From Paraspadella gotoi (taxonomy: Eukaryota > Animalia > Chaetognatha): a stretch of DNA of 64,000 bases. Positions 1 through 11,870 of the stretch are shown here, in pieces. The first letter of the stretch is position 1; every line of letters begins with the position of its first letter. The stretch spans positions 20,730,417-20,794,416 of the forward strand of contig CM119270.1 in NCBI GenBank assembly GCA_051294375.1. The letters run 5' to 3'. Made by a program: the position numbers and the translations under genes. The notes below the pieces were generated by a model. The model was given only the letters and a program-made list of their open reading frames with translations, was not told the origin of the DNA and searched no databases.

Positions 1-835
1 TATCATTAACCACTAACTTAAACTTTAATTAAACAAGTTTGAGCAAACAATGTCGGATCTGCCTACGATAATTAAATAATTAATTAATTAATCGATTAAT
101 TAATTAATTAATTAATTTTAATATGTAATAATTAATTTTAAATTTTAATATCAACTTATCATCATCGATGTCCTTAAAATTGGGTTAGGACAGTTATTAA
201 ATATGTTTGTTTACATTTATCAAAACAAACAAATATCCTCTATTTTTATTTTATGTCTCCTTCTCTCTCTCTCCTCTCACTCACTCTCTCTCTCTCTTCT
301 CTCTCTCTCTCTGTTTCTGCAATTGCGACGATCTTTATGCTTTTCAGATTTTTTTTAACTTGCATCATTTTTTCACATTAATTAATTAATTAATTCATTA
401 TTAATTAAAACATTTATTAGTAATCATTAATATTAAAGATTCAAGTAAATGTGACTTATGTTTTTTCCATCTAAACTCATTTCCCCTGGCACAATTCCGT
501 CAATACTTTATATATATTATATATTAATAAATATTTAAAAGCTTCAGTGCAACAACCCAATGAACTAATTCAAAAAGTTATATTGAAAATCGATTTAGTA
601 GTAAAGGAAAAAAACATTTAAAGAGAACTCGAAGTTAAAAAAGTGTTCAATTTGGCCCGCCTTACTAGATATTAGGCCTTACTAGATATATTGCATGTGA
701 TTAAACAATGTTATCGGAATAATAATTATCAATTTTATGTATTTTGTAAGTATTTTAAGTATTTTTATTCAGTGAGTAAAATAACAACTTTTTTATTCGC
801 TAATTTTTATCTCGGACTCTCTCTCTTTCTATCTT

Positions 836-889
<54 letters not shown>

Positions 890-921
890 AAATTGCGACG
901 ATCCTTATGCTCATTTTACTG

Positions 922-966
<45 letters not shown>

Positions 967-1822
967 TTTTGCAATTGCGACGATCCTTATGCTTTTAGGA
1001 TTTTTTTAACTTGTATCATTTTTCTGCTTCAAGTAAATGTGACTTATTTTTTTTTTCATTTAAACTCATTTCCACTGGCACAATTCCGTCAAAACTTTAT
1101 ATCTAGCTTTTTCACACACTTTCCTTCCCGCTCACAAAATTTCATCTCAATCTATATGGGTTAAAATAAGTAAAAAGATTCAAGTAAATGTGACTCATAT
1201 TTTTTCATTTAAACTCATTTCCACTCGTACGTTTCCACCGAAACTTTATATCAAGCATCGATACACATTTTTCTACCCACACAAAAAATTTGAACTCAAT
1301 CTATCCATCCAATTATGATTAATTAGAGTACTTATTGGTTAAAATAAGTAAAAAGATTTTAGTAAATGCGACTTATGTTTTTTCCACTTAAACTCATTTC
1401 CACTCACTCACACGAATCCGTCGAAACTTTATATCCAGCTTTATCACACACTTTCCTACCCCACACACAAAATTTCATTTCAATCCAACCAGCCAATCAC
1501 GAGTTATTGGAGCTTTTTGCTAAGGTGGGACGGATGGACGGATTGATTGACTGATTAATTAATTATTGATTAATTAATTGACTAATTGATTAATTAACTT
1601 ATTAATTATTTGACTTATTAATACATCCTGCCTATACATTTAATATAAAAGGAAAAAGAAGCATAATCAATTAGTGAAACAGGTTTTTTTGTTTTTCCAT
1701 TTAAACTCATTTCCACTCAAAAGATTCCATCGAAACTTGGTTTCCTGTTCAATCACAACACACTTTTCTACTCACATACAAAATTCCAGGTCAATCGATA
1801 ATTAAGTGGTAATAAGCTATCT

Positions 1823-2095
1823 TGGTCAACTTGCATAATTTAATCAACTTGCATAATTTGGTCAACTGACATAATTTGGTCTACTGACATAATTTGGTCA
1901 ACTGACCTAATTTGGTCAACTGACATAATTTGATCAATTAAGATAATTTGGTCAACCGGCATAATTTGGTTAACTGGCATAATTTATAAACTAGCCTAAT
2001 TTGGTCAACAGGCATAATTTGGTCAACTTGCAAAACTTGATTAACTTGCAGAATTTTGGTCAACTGGCATAATTTGGTCAATTAGCATAATTTGG

Positions 2096-2100
<5 letters not shown>
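1823..2100. repeat. 18-bp minisatellite (ggtcaactggcataattt)n
   Basis: About 15 diverged units are directly visible. Confidence 0.85.
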
Positions 2101-2130
<30 letters not shown>

Positions 2131-2666
2131 GAGAGAGAGAGAGAGAAACTTTAAAAAATTCAAATAAATGTGTCTTTTGGTTTTCTAATTTGAACTCTTT
2201 TCCACTCCTACGATTCCATCAAAAATTTTTATCCAGCTTTATCACATACTTTCCTACCCACACACAAATTCAATTTCGATTTATCTATCCAATTTTTAAT
2301 AAACAAAATAATTATGAGTAAATTTAAGTAAAAATACTTCAAGTAAATATGACTTTTGTTTTTTTCCATTTTAACTCATTTCCACTCGCACGATTCCATC
2401 GAAACTTTATATCCGGCTCAATCCACCACTTTCCTACCATCATACAAAATTTCAAGTCAATTGCACTATCCACTCATGAGCAATTGGCGTTCAAATAGTG
2501 AAATATATTTTTTTGTTTTTTCCATTTAAACCAATTTCTCCACTCGCACGATTCCCTCGAAACTTCATATCCATCTCAATCACACAGTTTCCTACCCACA
2601 CACAAAATTTCATACCATCCATCCATCCAATCACGGGTAATTGGAGTTTTTTGCTAAGGTGGGAGC

Positions 2667-2780
2667 GGACGGACGGACGGACGGACGGACGGACGACGGA
2701 CGGACGGACGGACGGACGGACGGACGGACGGACGGACGGACGGACGGACGGACGGACAGACAGACGGACGGACGGACGGA
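2667..2780. repeat. (GGAC)n microsatellite
   Basis: Direct reading; it is the source of the spurious RTDG/SVRP ORFs. Confidence 0.95.
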
Positions 2781-3383
2781 CATCATTTTTTTTGCATAAT
2801 TTATCATAATTCGATGTTCTGACATGATATAAGTGTGTGCCCGACAATATTGAGGGGGCGGACCGACGGACCGAAAAAGTGAGTTATAGAGTCGGGATCT
2901 GCTGATAAGCAGATCCGACTAAAAAAAAAATTAACCTCATTCCGAAATTAAGATGAAATTGGGCGTTCTAAGAAAATAATGGCAAAATAATTTGATGCGA
3001 TTTTTGAAACTGTTAAAATCCTAAATAAAACAATTCAAATGTTTGGTTATCTTGTAGTTCCCTTTTATCTCACAACGGATCTACCATCATCCACTGGTCC
3101 CAAGACAGACAGTCAAAATAGTCAAATATATTTTAAATTAACTAAACATTGAGTTCATCTTGATTGATCCGCTTTTTCAATTAAGGTTTGTTTATCGACC
3201 ATCAGAGTCGCTCCAATTTTAAGGGGAGTTTTCAAAAACCTCGGGAACGGAACATTAGTTTTCACGAACAAAACTTGCAGTTGCTACATATTAGATAACG
3301 TCGTCAAAATACGATATCAAACTGTCAAAGTCCCCGCATCGATCTGTTTTTGGGCCATTTCTAACCATTGGTCGATCATCTCT

Positions 3384-5204
3384 ATGTCAATATCTGGCAT
3401 TGGATTGGCCAAAGCAACCGTGGATTACCGAACCAGAAACAAGCCCGTCACCAACGCTACATGGCATGGTTTAGTATTATCAAATGTTTATAGTTTCGTT
3501 GGCGCCATGCAAGGGGCATTTGGATTTTTTTTAAGTTTAATCCTTTTGTATCATATCGTTTTATATTATTGCGTCTGGTTCATATTTTTATCTCCGTTTA
3601 TAATCGCGCGACTTTTTTCCCCGACAGAGTTGATGGGAGTAATTAATACGGTTTTGCGGATAAAAAGTTGCCAAAAGACAAAATATAAAACCGGTTTGAC
3701 AAATTTTGTTGTTATGCAACAACTGCTAACGACAATTTTTAATCCGACTATATTCTCGTTTTATTTCTTGGAATCCAGGCATAGGTTTTTCTCCGAATAT
3801 GTGACCAATAGAATGTGGGGATTACACTACTATCAAGTTACTAAATTACCGACGCTTATTTTTGGGCATACCGAAGGATTCCATTATAAATTTATCAGAA
3901 CTAGTTTAAAAGGTGACAATCTTCCTTTGTTTAAACGAAATTTCGAATTTAAAACTTATAAGTGTCTCGTTACAACTAAGGGAATAATTAGTCGGAAATG
4001 GAATCTGATGACATACGAGGGACATCAATTGAAATTTTGTAGACCCGGTGAATTTACCCTCTTTACAGTTAGTTTAGGAAACTATAGATTTCTTAGAGTT
4101 GAATTTAGAATTCTTTTAATTATGCTGCTAATTGAATGGATATTAAACTATCTTCACAACATTCTATTTTTAGTTTTGAATCGAATTTTTATCAAGTGGT
4201 CGCTGGCCTTCATTTCTTTTTACTTTGTCCCGGTGTCAATTTATAATTGTTTATATTTTGCAATTAAGCATATAAGCCTGATTGATGTGTATTACATTAA
4301 CAAAAAATGGACCGATTCGGAATTGTATAACGAAAACGTCAAACCGAATAATGTCTTTTTATTTCTGGGAAATAGAAATTTTAACCCATTATTACTATCT
4401 AATGAGTTAATAGTTAATAAAATAGTCAAGAACCAATCCAATTTATATCAATCAGTTCTGAAAATTATTAACATTTTATTCATGTATATTATGGTTCAAT
4501 TTACGTCTGTTCTTTTATACTTGAGTAAAAAAGTCACAAAGATAGAAATTAGAGCTATTATACACGGGATTTTTTCCCTGACTTTTATAATAAGCGCATT
4601 GGGAATAACTCGGCTGTTAAAAAAATTGTGGACAGAAGTTTTGCTGGAATGTGATTACAGTTTTGAAAGAAATGAGAAAATAGGCGAAAAAATTTTAAAT
4701 TTTTTTACTCTGAATGAAAGCTTATTTTACTTTGTTTGCTTATGTATTTTGCCATTTTTTAGTTCAGTCGCGAGCTTTGTACGTAAAAGTTTAACTCTTA
4801 AAACTCGATACTTTTATTTAATCTGTATTCTTTTAGGACTCGGTTTCTTTTTCATACTTTTACCAGTCGTACCTCATGAGGGTTTTCTGAGGGACGTTGA
4901 AAGCAATTCTAACAATCAGTACAAAAACATGAGCTTGCTAATGATGATTAGGATTAATAAAACATTACGTTTTCATTCCGAATACTTTGGACGATCTTAC
5001 TTTTATTCTCCGATTCATAACATTAGTCCATTTTTTTATTTCTTAGACAGATCAAATTTGATATTTAGTTGTGGTCTCCTTAAAAAATATTTATTACTGG
5101 TTGAAGAGAAGTTTTTAAAAGATATTTTTGCTTGGATCTTTCTTCATAACTTTTTTCCACTAATTTTGCTTATCGCCAACTTTATCTTTGAGATAGGTGA
5201 CTAG
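3384..5204 (+). CDS. Intronless multi-pass membrane protein, divergent XK-related family; 5'-truncated paralog of the 901-aa ORF at 53797-56502
   Basis: 606-aa ORF with many hydrophobic segments; the frame is open upstream to 3168. Colinear matches to the 901-aa ORF: NGTLVFTNKTCSC/DGTMAIMNETCRC, SIISMSISGIGLAKA/LISIALSTVSIARA, GAMQGAFG/GAIIQGTLG, CLVTTKGIISRKWN/CFQTEGIIKENKWN, LGNYRFLRVEF/LGNNQLINPKF, NESLFYFVCLCILPF/NECGVVLCLFSCMPF. The XK N-terminal motifs are missing, with in-frame stops at 3150 and 3165. Confidence 0.75.
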   Translation: MSISGIGLAKATVDYRTRNKPVTNATWHGLVLSNVYSFVGAMQGAFGFFLSLILLYHIVLYYCVWFIFLSPFIIARLFSPTELMGVINTVLRIKSCQKTKYKTGLTNFVVMQQLLTTIFNPTIFSFYFLESRHRFFSEYVTNRMWGLHYYQVTKLPTLIFGHTEGFHYKFIRTSLKGDNLPLFKRNFEFKTYKCLVTTKGIISRKWNLMTYEGHQLKFCRPGEFTLFTVSLGNYRFLRVEFRILLIMLLIEWILNYLHNILFLVLNRIFIKWSLAFISFYFVPVSIYNCLYFAIKHISLIDVYYINKKWTDSELYNENVKPNNVFLFLGNRNFNPLLLSNELIVNKIVKNQSNLYQSVLKIINILFMYIMVQFTSVLLYLSKKVTKIEIRAIIHGIFSLTFIISALGITRLLKKLWTEVLLECDYSFERNEKIGEKILNFFTLNESLFYFVCLCILPFFSSVASFVRKSLTLKTRYFYLICILLGLGFFFILLPVVPHEGFLRDVESNSNNQYKNMSLLMMIRINKTLRFHSEYFGRSYFYSPIHNISPFFYFLDRSNLIFSCGLLKKYLLLVEEKFLKDIFAWIFLHNFFPLILLIANFIFEIGD

Positions 5205-5823
5205 AATGTATGTATAAGAAAAATGAAATGAAATATAAACAATATTTTAAATGTTATAAAATTCTAAAATTAAAATGATTATGCATACATACTAAACACC
5301 AAATTAACAAAAGTAGTTGTATCCAATAATTACCAGATTATCGTATGATTCACACAAAGAAACATATTGACCACAACAATATTTTGGTTTATCATTTATT
5401 TGTAAAGAAATAAATAAAATAATCAAGTGTTACACAAAAAAAGCTGCATAATCATATGATCACGTGACGTACGTGACGTAAGTATGATTCAGATGCTGTA
5501 TAAATATTTCGTGTTCATCACCTTAATGAAAAGTCTAAATTTATTCGGTATTACCTTAGTTTGGGACAGACCAACGGACAGACAGAAAGACTGACCGACA
5601 GACCAAAACATACTAGCTCATAGAGTTTCTCTGCGAGAACTCGCTGCGCCACTAAAATGAAAATATAAAACCGTGATTTATCACTTTTTATTGTAATTGC
5701 TTATTTTTACCAATTCATAATAAACTTGCTAAACTTGTTGATATTGGAATCTTTTATAATAAAACTTTACTGAAAATATTTAATCACAATAAAAATATTT
5801 TCCTTAAAATTGTAAAAACAGGA

Positions 5824-6042
5824 ATGATTGTTGTGTGTTAGTGACAGAACCGTTCAATATAAGCATTCTCTGAGATTCGGACCAGGCTGTAACACCGTGT
5901 TACAGGCTGGTTAAGCGCCCGTCCCACTTAACTGCTAGACGACCACCGGGTTAGAACCGCAAACCTTTGGGTTGGGAGGAGAATGACTTGCCTCCTGCAC
6001 CAATAGCCGCTGTTGAACGGTTGGTGGATTTTAGTCCACCAT
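5824..6042 (-). mobile_element. tRNA-derived SINE-like element, copy 1
   Basis: Diverged reverse complement of 7311-7535, with A-box-like TGGTGCAGGAGG and B-box-like GGTTCTAACCC. Confidence 0.7.
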
Positions 6043-6289
6043 AAAATATTTTTTCTTGATATTTTAGTTAAAAAAATATGTTAATGTTCAAAAAGTTTTA
6101 TTTAATGTTTCATAACTAATTCTATTATTTTGACGAGCAAGTAAGGACAAAGCATCTGCTTTTTTTAATCATTTTTAATATTACTTTTAATATTACAATT
6201 TCGAATAAAGATTTAGTATTTAAATTATTATCACATTTAGAGATACTTAAGAAATTAAAAATCATTCAGTTTTCTCTTTTTGCCTTTTT

Positions 6290-6345
<56 letters not shown>

Positions 6346-6347
<2 letters not shown>

Positions 6348-9300
6348 TTCGTAATGAGGCACCACATCTCCAGCTCCTCAACAGGAACGAAAAACTCCTC
6401 CGGATTTTGAAGGATGTGAACGCCAGGCGGAGAATCAACTTGCAGGCGAACGGAGATGTTTTGCCTGACGTCTGCCAGGCGTTGAATCAGGGAGGAGGAG
6501 GAAGAGGAGGAGTTGGAAGAGGAGGGGAAATAGGCGGTCAACGTATAGATTCCTTCGTCTTCTTCGTTCAAATTGTGAACGAGGAGAGAGATTGTGTGAT
6601 TAGTTGTGGCCGCCGCCGCCGCCTCCCCCGCCGCTTCCTCCGCCGCCTCCCCCGCCGCCTCCTCCGCCGCCTCCTCCGCCGCCTCCCCCGCCGCCACTCC
6701 AGCGCAGATCGACGAGAACACGGCGTATTTCCGTTCGATATCGACGACGCACGATGGCCGAGCGAGGAGACGCTCCGGACTCACAACCACCAAGGTCCGG
6801 GGTTCGAGTCCCGGTCTCGTCAGAGTCCAATTCAACGTCGGCCAAGGAAAGGCGTCGACGACGACGTCGACGCCGATCGATTTCCGGCCAACGACGCCGC
6901 GCAAAAACGGCGTCGAGGTTGTCATGGCAACGAAAGGCTCCGGAAGGACCTCTAACTCGAAGCGGGTCGTCAGGGTGCGCTGAAGGAGGAAGTAGTTGAC
7001 GGAACAGACGTAGGATCCAGAGTTGGAGGGTAAGGCTGTGGAGAGGGTGAGGTCTCTGTTGGGGGTGGAGGAGGGGGGTATATTGAATTGTGTATTGAAT
7101 CCATCTGTCTCAAATTCTGACACCGTCTTTGCTCATGATATTTCAAAGAATAAAATCCACTTTTGGTTTCATGTTGAAATCTCTGTCGACTTACTTAAAT
7201 GTTGTGTCACCGATGGGATTAGAACCCACGCCTCCGAAGAGACTGGTGCTTACTTAAATGATACATATATAGAACAACTATTACAAAAACAAATTATAAA
7301 AACATATAATATGGTGGACTAAAATCCACTAACCGTTCATCAGCAGCCATTGGTGCCAGAGGAAAGTCATTCGCCTCCCATCCCAAAGGCCCTGGGTTCT
7401 AGCCCGGTGGCCGCCTAGCAGTTAAGAGGGACGGGGCGCTTAACCCGCCTGTAGCACCGTGTTACTGTCTGATCCGAAGCTAAGGGACTGCTTACATTGA
7501 ACGGTTCTGTCACTAACACATAACAATTATTACTGTCTCTTCAATAATAACATGAATACAATCAATTTCTAAAAAACGTTAGAAAAAATGGACAATGACA
7601 ACATTTCATCCCACCTGAATCCTAATTCATCATTTTTTCTCTTTACGGCCATCGATTCCGAAATGACCACCTTTCCTCCTCCTCCTCCTCCTCCCATCCC
7701 CGGCACCTCCCTCCACTCGATCTCGAACGCCGTGTACATCGGGACCGTCACGGCGCAGCGGAGCCGCACCGATTCGCCCGCCAGCAGCGTCCCGACGCGT
7801 CCGAGTCGTTCGATCGAGGCTGCGGCCGCGGCGTCGCGGCGGCGGACGATGATGCGCGGCTGCGGAGGCGACAGCGTTTTGGGATAATAGACGACGATGA
7901 CGTCGAAGGATTCGGTGGCGGAAGCGGTGGTTGGGGTGGTTGGGGTGGACCACGAGGTGTTGGGGGATAGGGAAGGGTTCGGGGTGGCTGAGAGTGTGGC
8001 CGTGCAGCGGTAGCGATTCTTTATAGGCGAGAAAAGAAAAATAAGGTTAACAGACTATATTTTTATTTTCTGATTTCTTATAGTACAATTTTTATCCTTT
8101 ACATAACACTCTTCCCTGTGAAAAAATAAATTTCTCTATATTCCTAATAAAAAAGGGTTAATTGCGTAAATTTCATATTATTGCTTTATTCCTACTCTCT
8201 AATTACTAATCAGTTCTTATCTAATTTTTTTTTCGCGTCAGTTTACAACTTGTACCCATGCCAACCCCTTCCTCTCCAGCATCTTTCGTTCCCGCCAATT
8301 CCCCTCGCTCATCCTTTCCTCACCTGCGTGTGATGCGTGGGATTCGAGAAGACGACCCCAACTCGTTCGTCGAAGATGAGATTCTCTCCGTCAAAGTCGA
8401 GAGGCTCGAGGATTTCCCGGTCGTCGAGGGTGTGGACGATGCTGAAGGTGATGTTGACCTGATGAGAGAGGAGAAGAGAGCAGAAATTAGTAAAAAAAAG
8501 AGAAGAAAATAGAGAAAAAGAGAAGAAAATTGAGAAAAAGAGAAGAAAATAGAGAAGTAGAAAAGAAATCAGACGAGAAAAGAAGAATATATAAAAAAAT
8601 TGAGTCGAAAAAAAAACTTGGCGGGAAAAAGAAAAAAAAACATTTGACCAAAAATTAGTCTCATGAGAAACTAAACTGCAATATGCAAATGAAATTAAGA
8701 ATTGTGAAATAGAAAAATTTAAAGGAAATCAGTACAAATACCCAACAACGACAACAACAACGACAACAACAACGACAACAACAACGACAACAACAACGAC
8801 AACAACAAAGACAACAACGACGACAACAACATCGACAACAACAAAGACAACAACGACGACAACAACATCGACAACAACAAGCATCCTTTTTCTTCTTTCT
8901 CACTCGCGGATCCGTCTGCCGACAAGGCACGACGGCGGGCTGCCCCGCCCACACGGGGCGGAAGCGGATGTTTCCCGGCGTCTCGGCGGCGATTAAGTGG
9001 CGTGGGTCGCCTGAAACGAAGAGGTAAGCGGTGGCGGCTGCGTCGGCGTCTGCGTCGGCGTCTGCGTCGGCGGCTGCGTCGGCGGCGTCACCTTCCTGCG
9101 TCGAATTCGCGTAGGCGCAGGAAAATTCGCCGACGTCTCGCCAGGTGGCGTTGACGAGCGTCAACGTCGATTCGTGTCCCGAGGCGGAAATAGAGATGGA
9201 CACGCGTGGATCGGCGGCGTCAACGTCTTCCGTCACGCCCATTCCCAGCGCCACCGACGGCGAAGACCAAACGACCGGCGCAGCGCCGCTGCAGAGGAAA

Positions 9301-9527
9301 GAGACGGTGCCACCGGAAGCGACGACAAAGGCGCCGGATGGAAGCATCTCGGCGCCGGATGGAGGTGTCTCCACATCGCTGCCGGAAAGGCGAATGACGG
9401 GCGGAGGGAGAGCGGAGGTAAAGTCGGAAGCGATGTCGGAGGCGATGCCGGAGGCGATGCCGGAGGCGATGGAAGCGATTATAGAAGCGACGAACAAAAA
9501 ATTCAAAAAATCAACGAAAACCCGCAT
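6346..9527 (-). CDS. VEGFR/PVR-like receptor ectodomain (signal peptide, Ig domains 1-4, start of Ig 5); 3' exons not found in window
   Basis: Exons 9527-8904, 8458-8324, 8018-7615 and 7055-6346, all GT-AG with consistent phase. Motifs: STLTLVNATWRDVGEFSC (D1); VVPCRQTDPRVNITF...DGENLIFDERVGVVFSNPT...YRCTAT (D2); LLAGESVRLRCAV...FEIEW and LTLSTALPSNSGSYVC (D3); PFV...DAFPWPTLNW...NLNEEDEGIYTL...VRLQVDSPP (D4). These parallel VEGFR-family Ig domains. Confidence 0.82.
7202..7248 (-). pseudogene. Retroposed 3' half of tRNA-Leu flanked by a 12-bp target-site duplication
   Basis: The minus strand reads CACCAGTCTCTTCGGAGGCGTGGGTTCTAATCCCATCGGTGACA-CAA, matching the tRNA-Leu variable arm, T arm and acceptor strand with a CCA-like end. 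The direct repeat cttacttaaatg lies at 7190-7201 and 7249-7260. Confidence 0.8.
7311..7535 (+). mobile_element. tRNA-derived SINE-like element, copy 2
   Basis: A-box-like TGGTGCCAGAGG and B-box-like GGTTCTAGCCC; inverted relative to 5824-6042. Confidence 0.7.
8743..8880. repeat. (CAA/CGA)n trinucleotide repeat in intron 1 of the VEGFR-like gene
   Basis: Direct reading; lies downstream of the GT donor at 8903. Confidence 0.9.
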
Positions 9528-10131
9528 TTTTATGATCTTTTGTTTTTGTTTTGTCAATTTTTTTTTTTGTTCCTTGATATTCATTATTTATTTTATTTCG
9601 AGGAAGAATTTTTTTTCGCTCCCATTTTTTTTTTTAAAAGTCACGAACTCGATAAAGAGACGAATATTTTTCTAAAATCAGAGATAAAAATATCAAAGAA
9701 ATTTAATCATAACAAAATTATTTTTTCATGAATCTCGGCGACGAAACTTCCTTCCTACGTTCTCGAGTAAATTCTGCGATATAAATAGCGATTAAGATAG
9801 CTATTTGCGATAGCGATCGCGAAAAATATCGCCAACCTAACGAGGTGAGACGAGGTCGTAAATTTTCGTCGTAAAATTCGCCGTAAATTCGTCGCGTTTC
9901 GACGTCGATGCGGCGAATCGAGTGACTTCGTTCGTCGTCGTCGGCGCCTTTTATATTTTTTGACCAAATGACGATGAGGAAGAAAACGATGACGCAGACG
10001 ACAATGGGGGGGAGTGTCTCCCTCATCATCTCTCTCCTCATTTCTTCTCTCTCTCCTTCTCTCTTCTCTCTCTCTCTCTCTTCTTTCTTTCCTTTTTCTT
10101 CTCTTCTTCTCCTTCTCTCTCTCTCTCTCCT

Positions 10132-10190
<59 letters not shown>

Positions 10191-10294
10191 CTCATCGCTT
10201 ATTTACATACTAGCCATCAGCTTTTTTTTCTTTGTTTGTTTACATCTACTTTGGTTTCTTGTTTGGCTTGAAATTTTCTGCTGGAAGAGGCTTA

Positions 10295-10630
10295 AATGGA
10301 TGGATGGATAGATGGATGGATGGATGGATGGATGGATAAATCGATGGATAAATGGATTGATGGATGGATAGATGGATAAATGGATGGATGGATGGACGGA
10401 GGATATGGATGGTTAGATTGGTGGATGGATGGATGGATGGGTGGATGGATTCTTGGATGGATGAATGGACGGATGTATGGGATGGATGCATAGAATGATG
10501 GATGGATGGTTGGATGGATGGATGGATGGATAAATTGAAAGAACGGATTAGTTGTCAGATTTATAGATGGAATGGACTGATGTATGGATGTATGGATAGA
10601 ATAGAATCTAATGGATGTATACAATGGGAA
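10295..10630. repeat. Degenerate (GGAT)n microsatellite
   Basis: Direct reading. Confidence 0.9.
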
Positions 10631-11493
10631 GGACATATGGGCAGACGTATTGACTTTTGCTCTGCCCTTTTGATGCTATCAGCGTTTTTTGTTGGTTATG
10701 ATTCTTTTTTGCGTTGTTTTGTTTTGTTTTGAATTGTTTTATGCACAGTGAGAAAGATTTAGACATAAAAGATTACTTAACACTTTTTTATAACTTTTTA
10801 TATTTAATATTATAATCTAATAATGTTACTAATTTACTAATGATTGCAAATCGAGGGTACAATACGAATCCAAAAAGATACAGGTAAAAAAATAGAGAAA
10901 GTTAAAGAAAAGGAACTAGGAAATAAAGCAAAAACAAATATAAGTTTTAAAAAATAATTAAAAAATACATGGAACAATATACTTTTGTCATTTTTATTTT
11001 TTAAGTAAAAATTTGAACGATTTTTCGATATACTTTTTAAAAAAATTGTTTACAGTTTTTTTTATTTTTTGTCAAAACAAAGCGACGTTGTTGTCGTCAT
11101 CGTCGTCGTCATCGTCGTTGTCGTCATCGTCGTCGTTGTTGTCGTCGTCGTTGCCCGCTTAATTGTTAACCTCAGAACTGAAAAGGGCGTGAAGTAAAAA
11201 AAAGAAGGAACGAATGGAATAAAGAAATAAAGAATATTAATCAGGTTTTTTTAACATAATATTACTATTAAGAACATTAATAGAAAATGAGTCCTGATAC
11301 AACAAAAAGATACCAAAAAAAAGGTTCATTTCTATTATTTGATTCGCTTTGTCTTTTGAAAAATTTCAAAAATCGTTTCATAAAAGAATAATATTATTTT
11401 TTTTATATTTTCTCTTATCAGTTGATTCCTTCTGTTTTCTTGTTTCCTTATCGCGGTTTAGAAAGACGAGAGATTTCACTCAGATATGGGGCG

Positions 11494-11496
<3 letters not shown>

Positions 11497-11587
<91 letters not shown>

Positions 11588-11613
11588 AATAGACACCGAC
11601 AGACAGAAACAGA

Positions 11614-11700
<87 letters not shown>

Positions 11701-11740
11701 GTAATAGACTGACGTCAGAACAGAGGTAAATAGACACAGA

Positions 11741-11792
<52 letters not shown>

Positions 11793-11793
11793 G

Positions 11794-11825
<32 letters not shown>

Positions 11826-11870
11826 GAGAGAGAGCGCGAGAAAAAAAAGACAGACAGACAAACAGAGAGA
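11497..11870. repeat. (GA)n microsatellite cluster
   Basis: Direct reading. Confidence 0.95.

Larger units (their letters stand above)
1..2928 (-). mobile_element. Helentron-associated (HINE/DINE-1-like) non-autonomous element with internal tandem repeats
   Basis: Terminal hairpin agtcgggatctgct-gata-agcagatccgact followed by an A-tract (2890-2930). (GGAC)n microsatellite at 2667-2780. Diverged ~170-bp units (aagtaaatgtgact...aaactcatttccact...ttcctacccacacacaaaatt) recur over 440-2650. A second degraded copy lies at ~38500-39430. The left boundary is uncertain. Confidence 0.6.

Noticed and set aside
1823-2100. Regular short repeats that could suggest a CRISPR array (also 18951-19568)
   Set aside because: No unique spacers, no cas genes and a eukaryotic context; these are minisatellites.
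6407-6999. Plus-strand poly-Pro, poly-Ala and Arg-rich ORFs
   Set aside because: They are antisense shadows of GC-rich receptor exon 4.
7340-7410. Possible functional tRNA gene
   Set aside because: A and B boxes are present, but there is no convincing cloverleaf and it is embedded in a longer repeated unit; it is a SINE head.
8661-8903. Poly-Cys (CCCR)n tail on the 307-aa Ig ORF, resembling a metallothionein or keratin-associated protein
   Set aside because: It is intronic trinucleotide repeat downstream of a good GT donor at 8903; splicing to 8458 restores the Ig D2 sequence.
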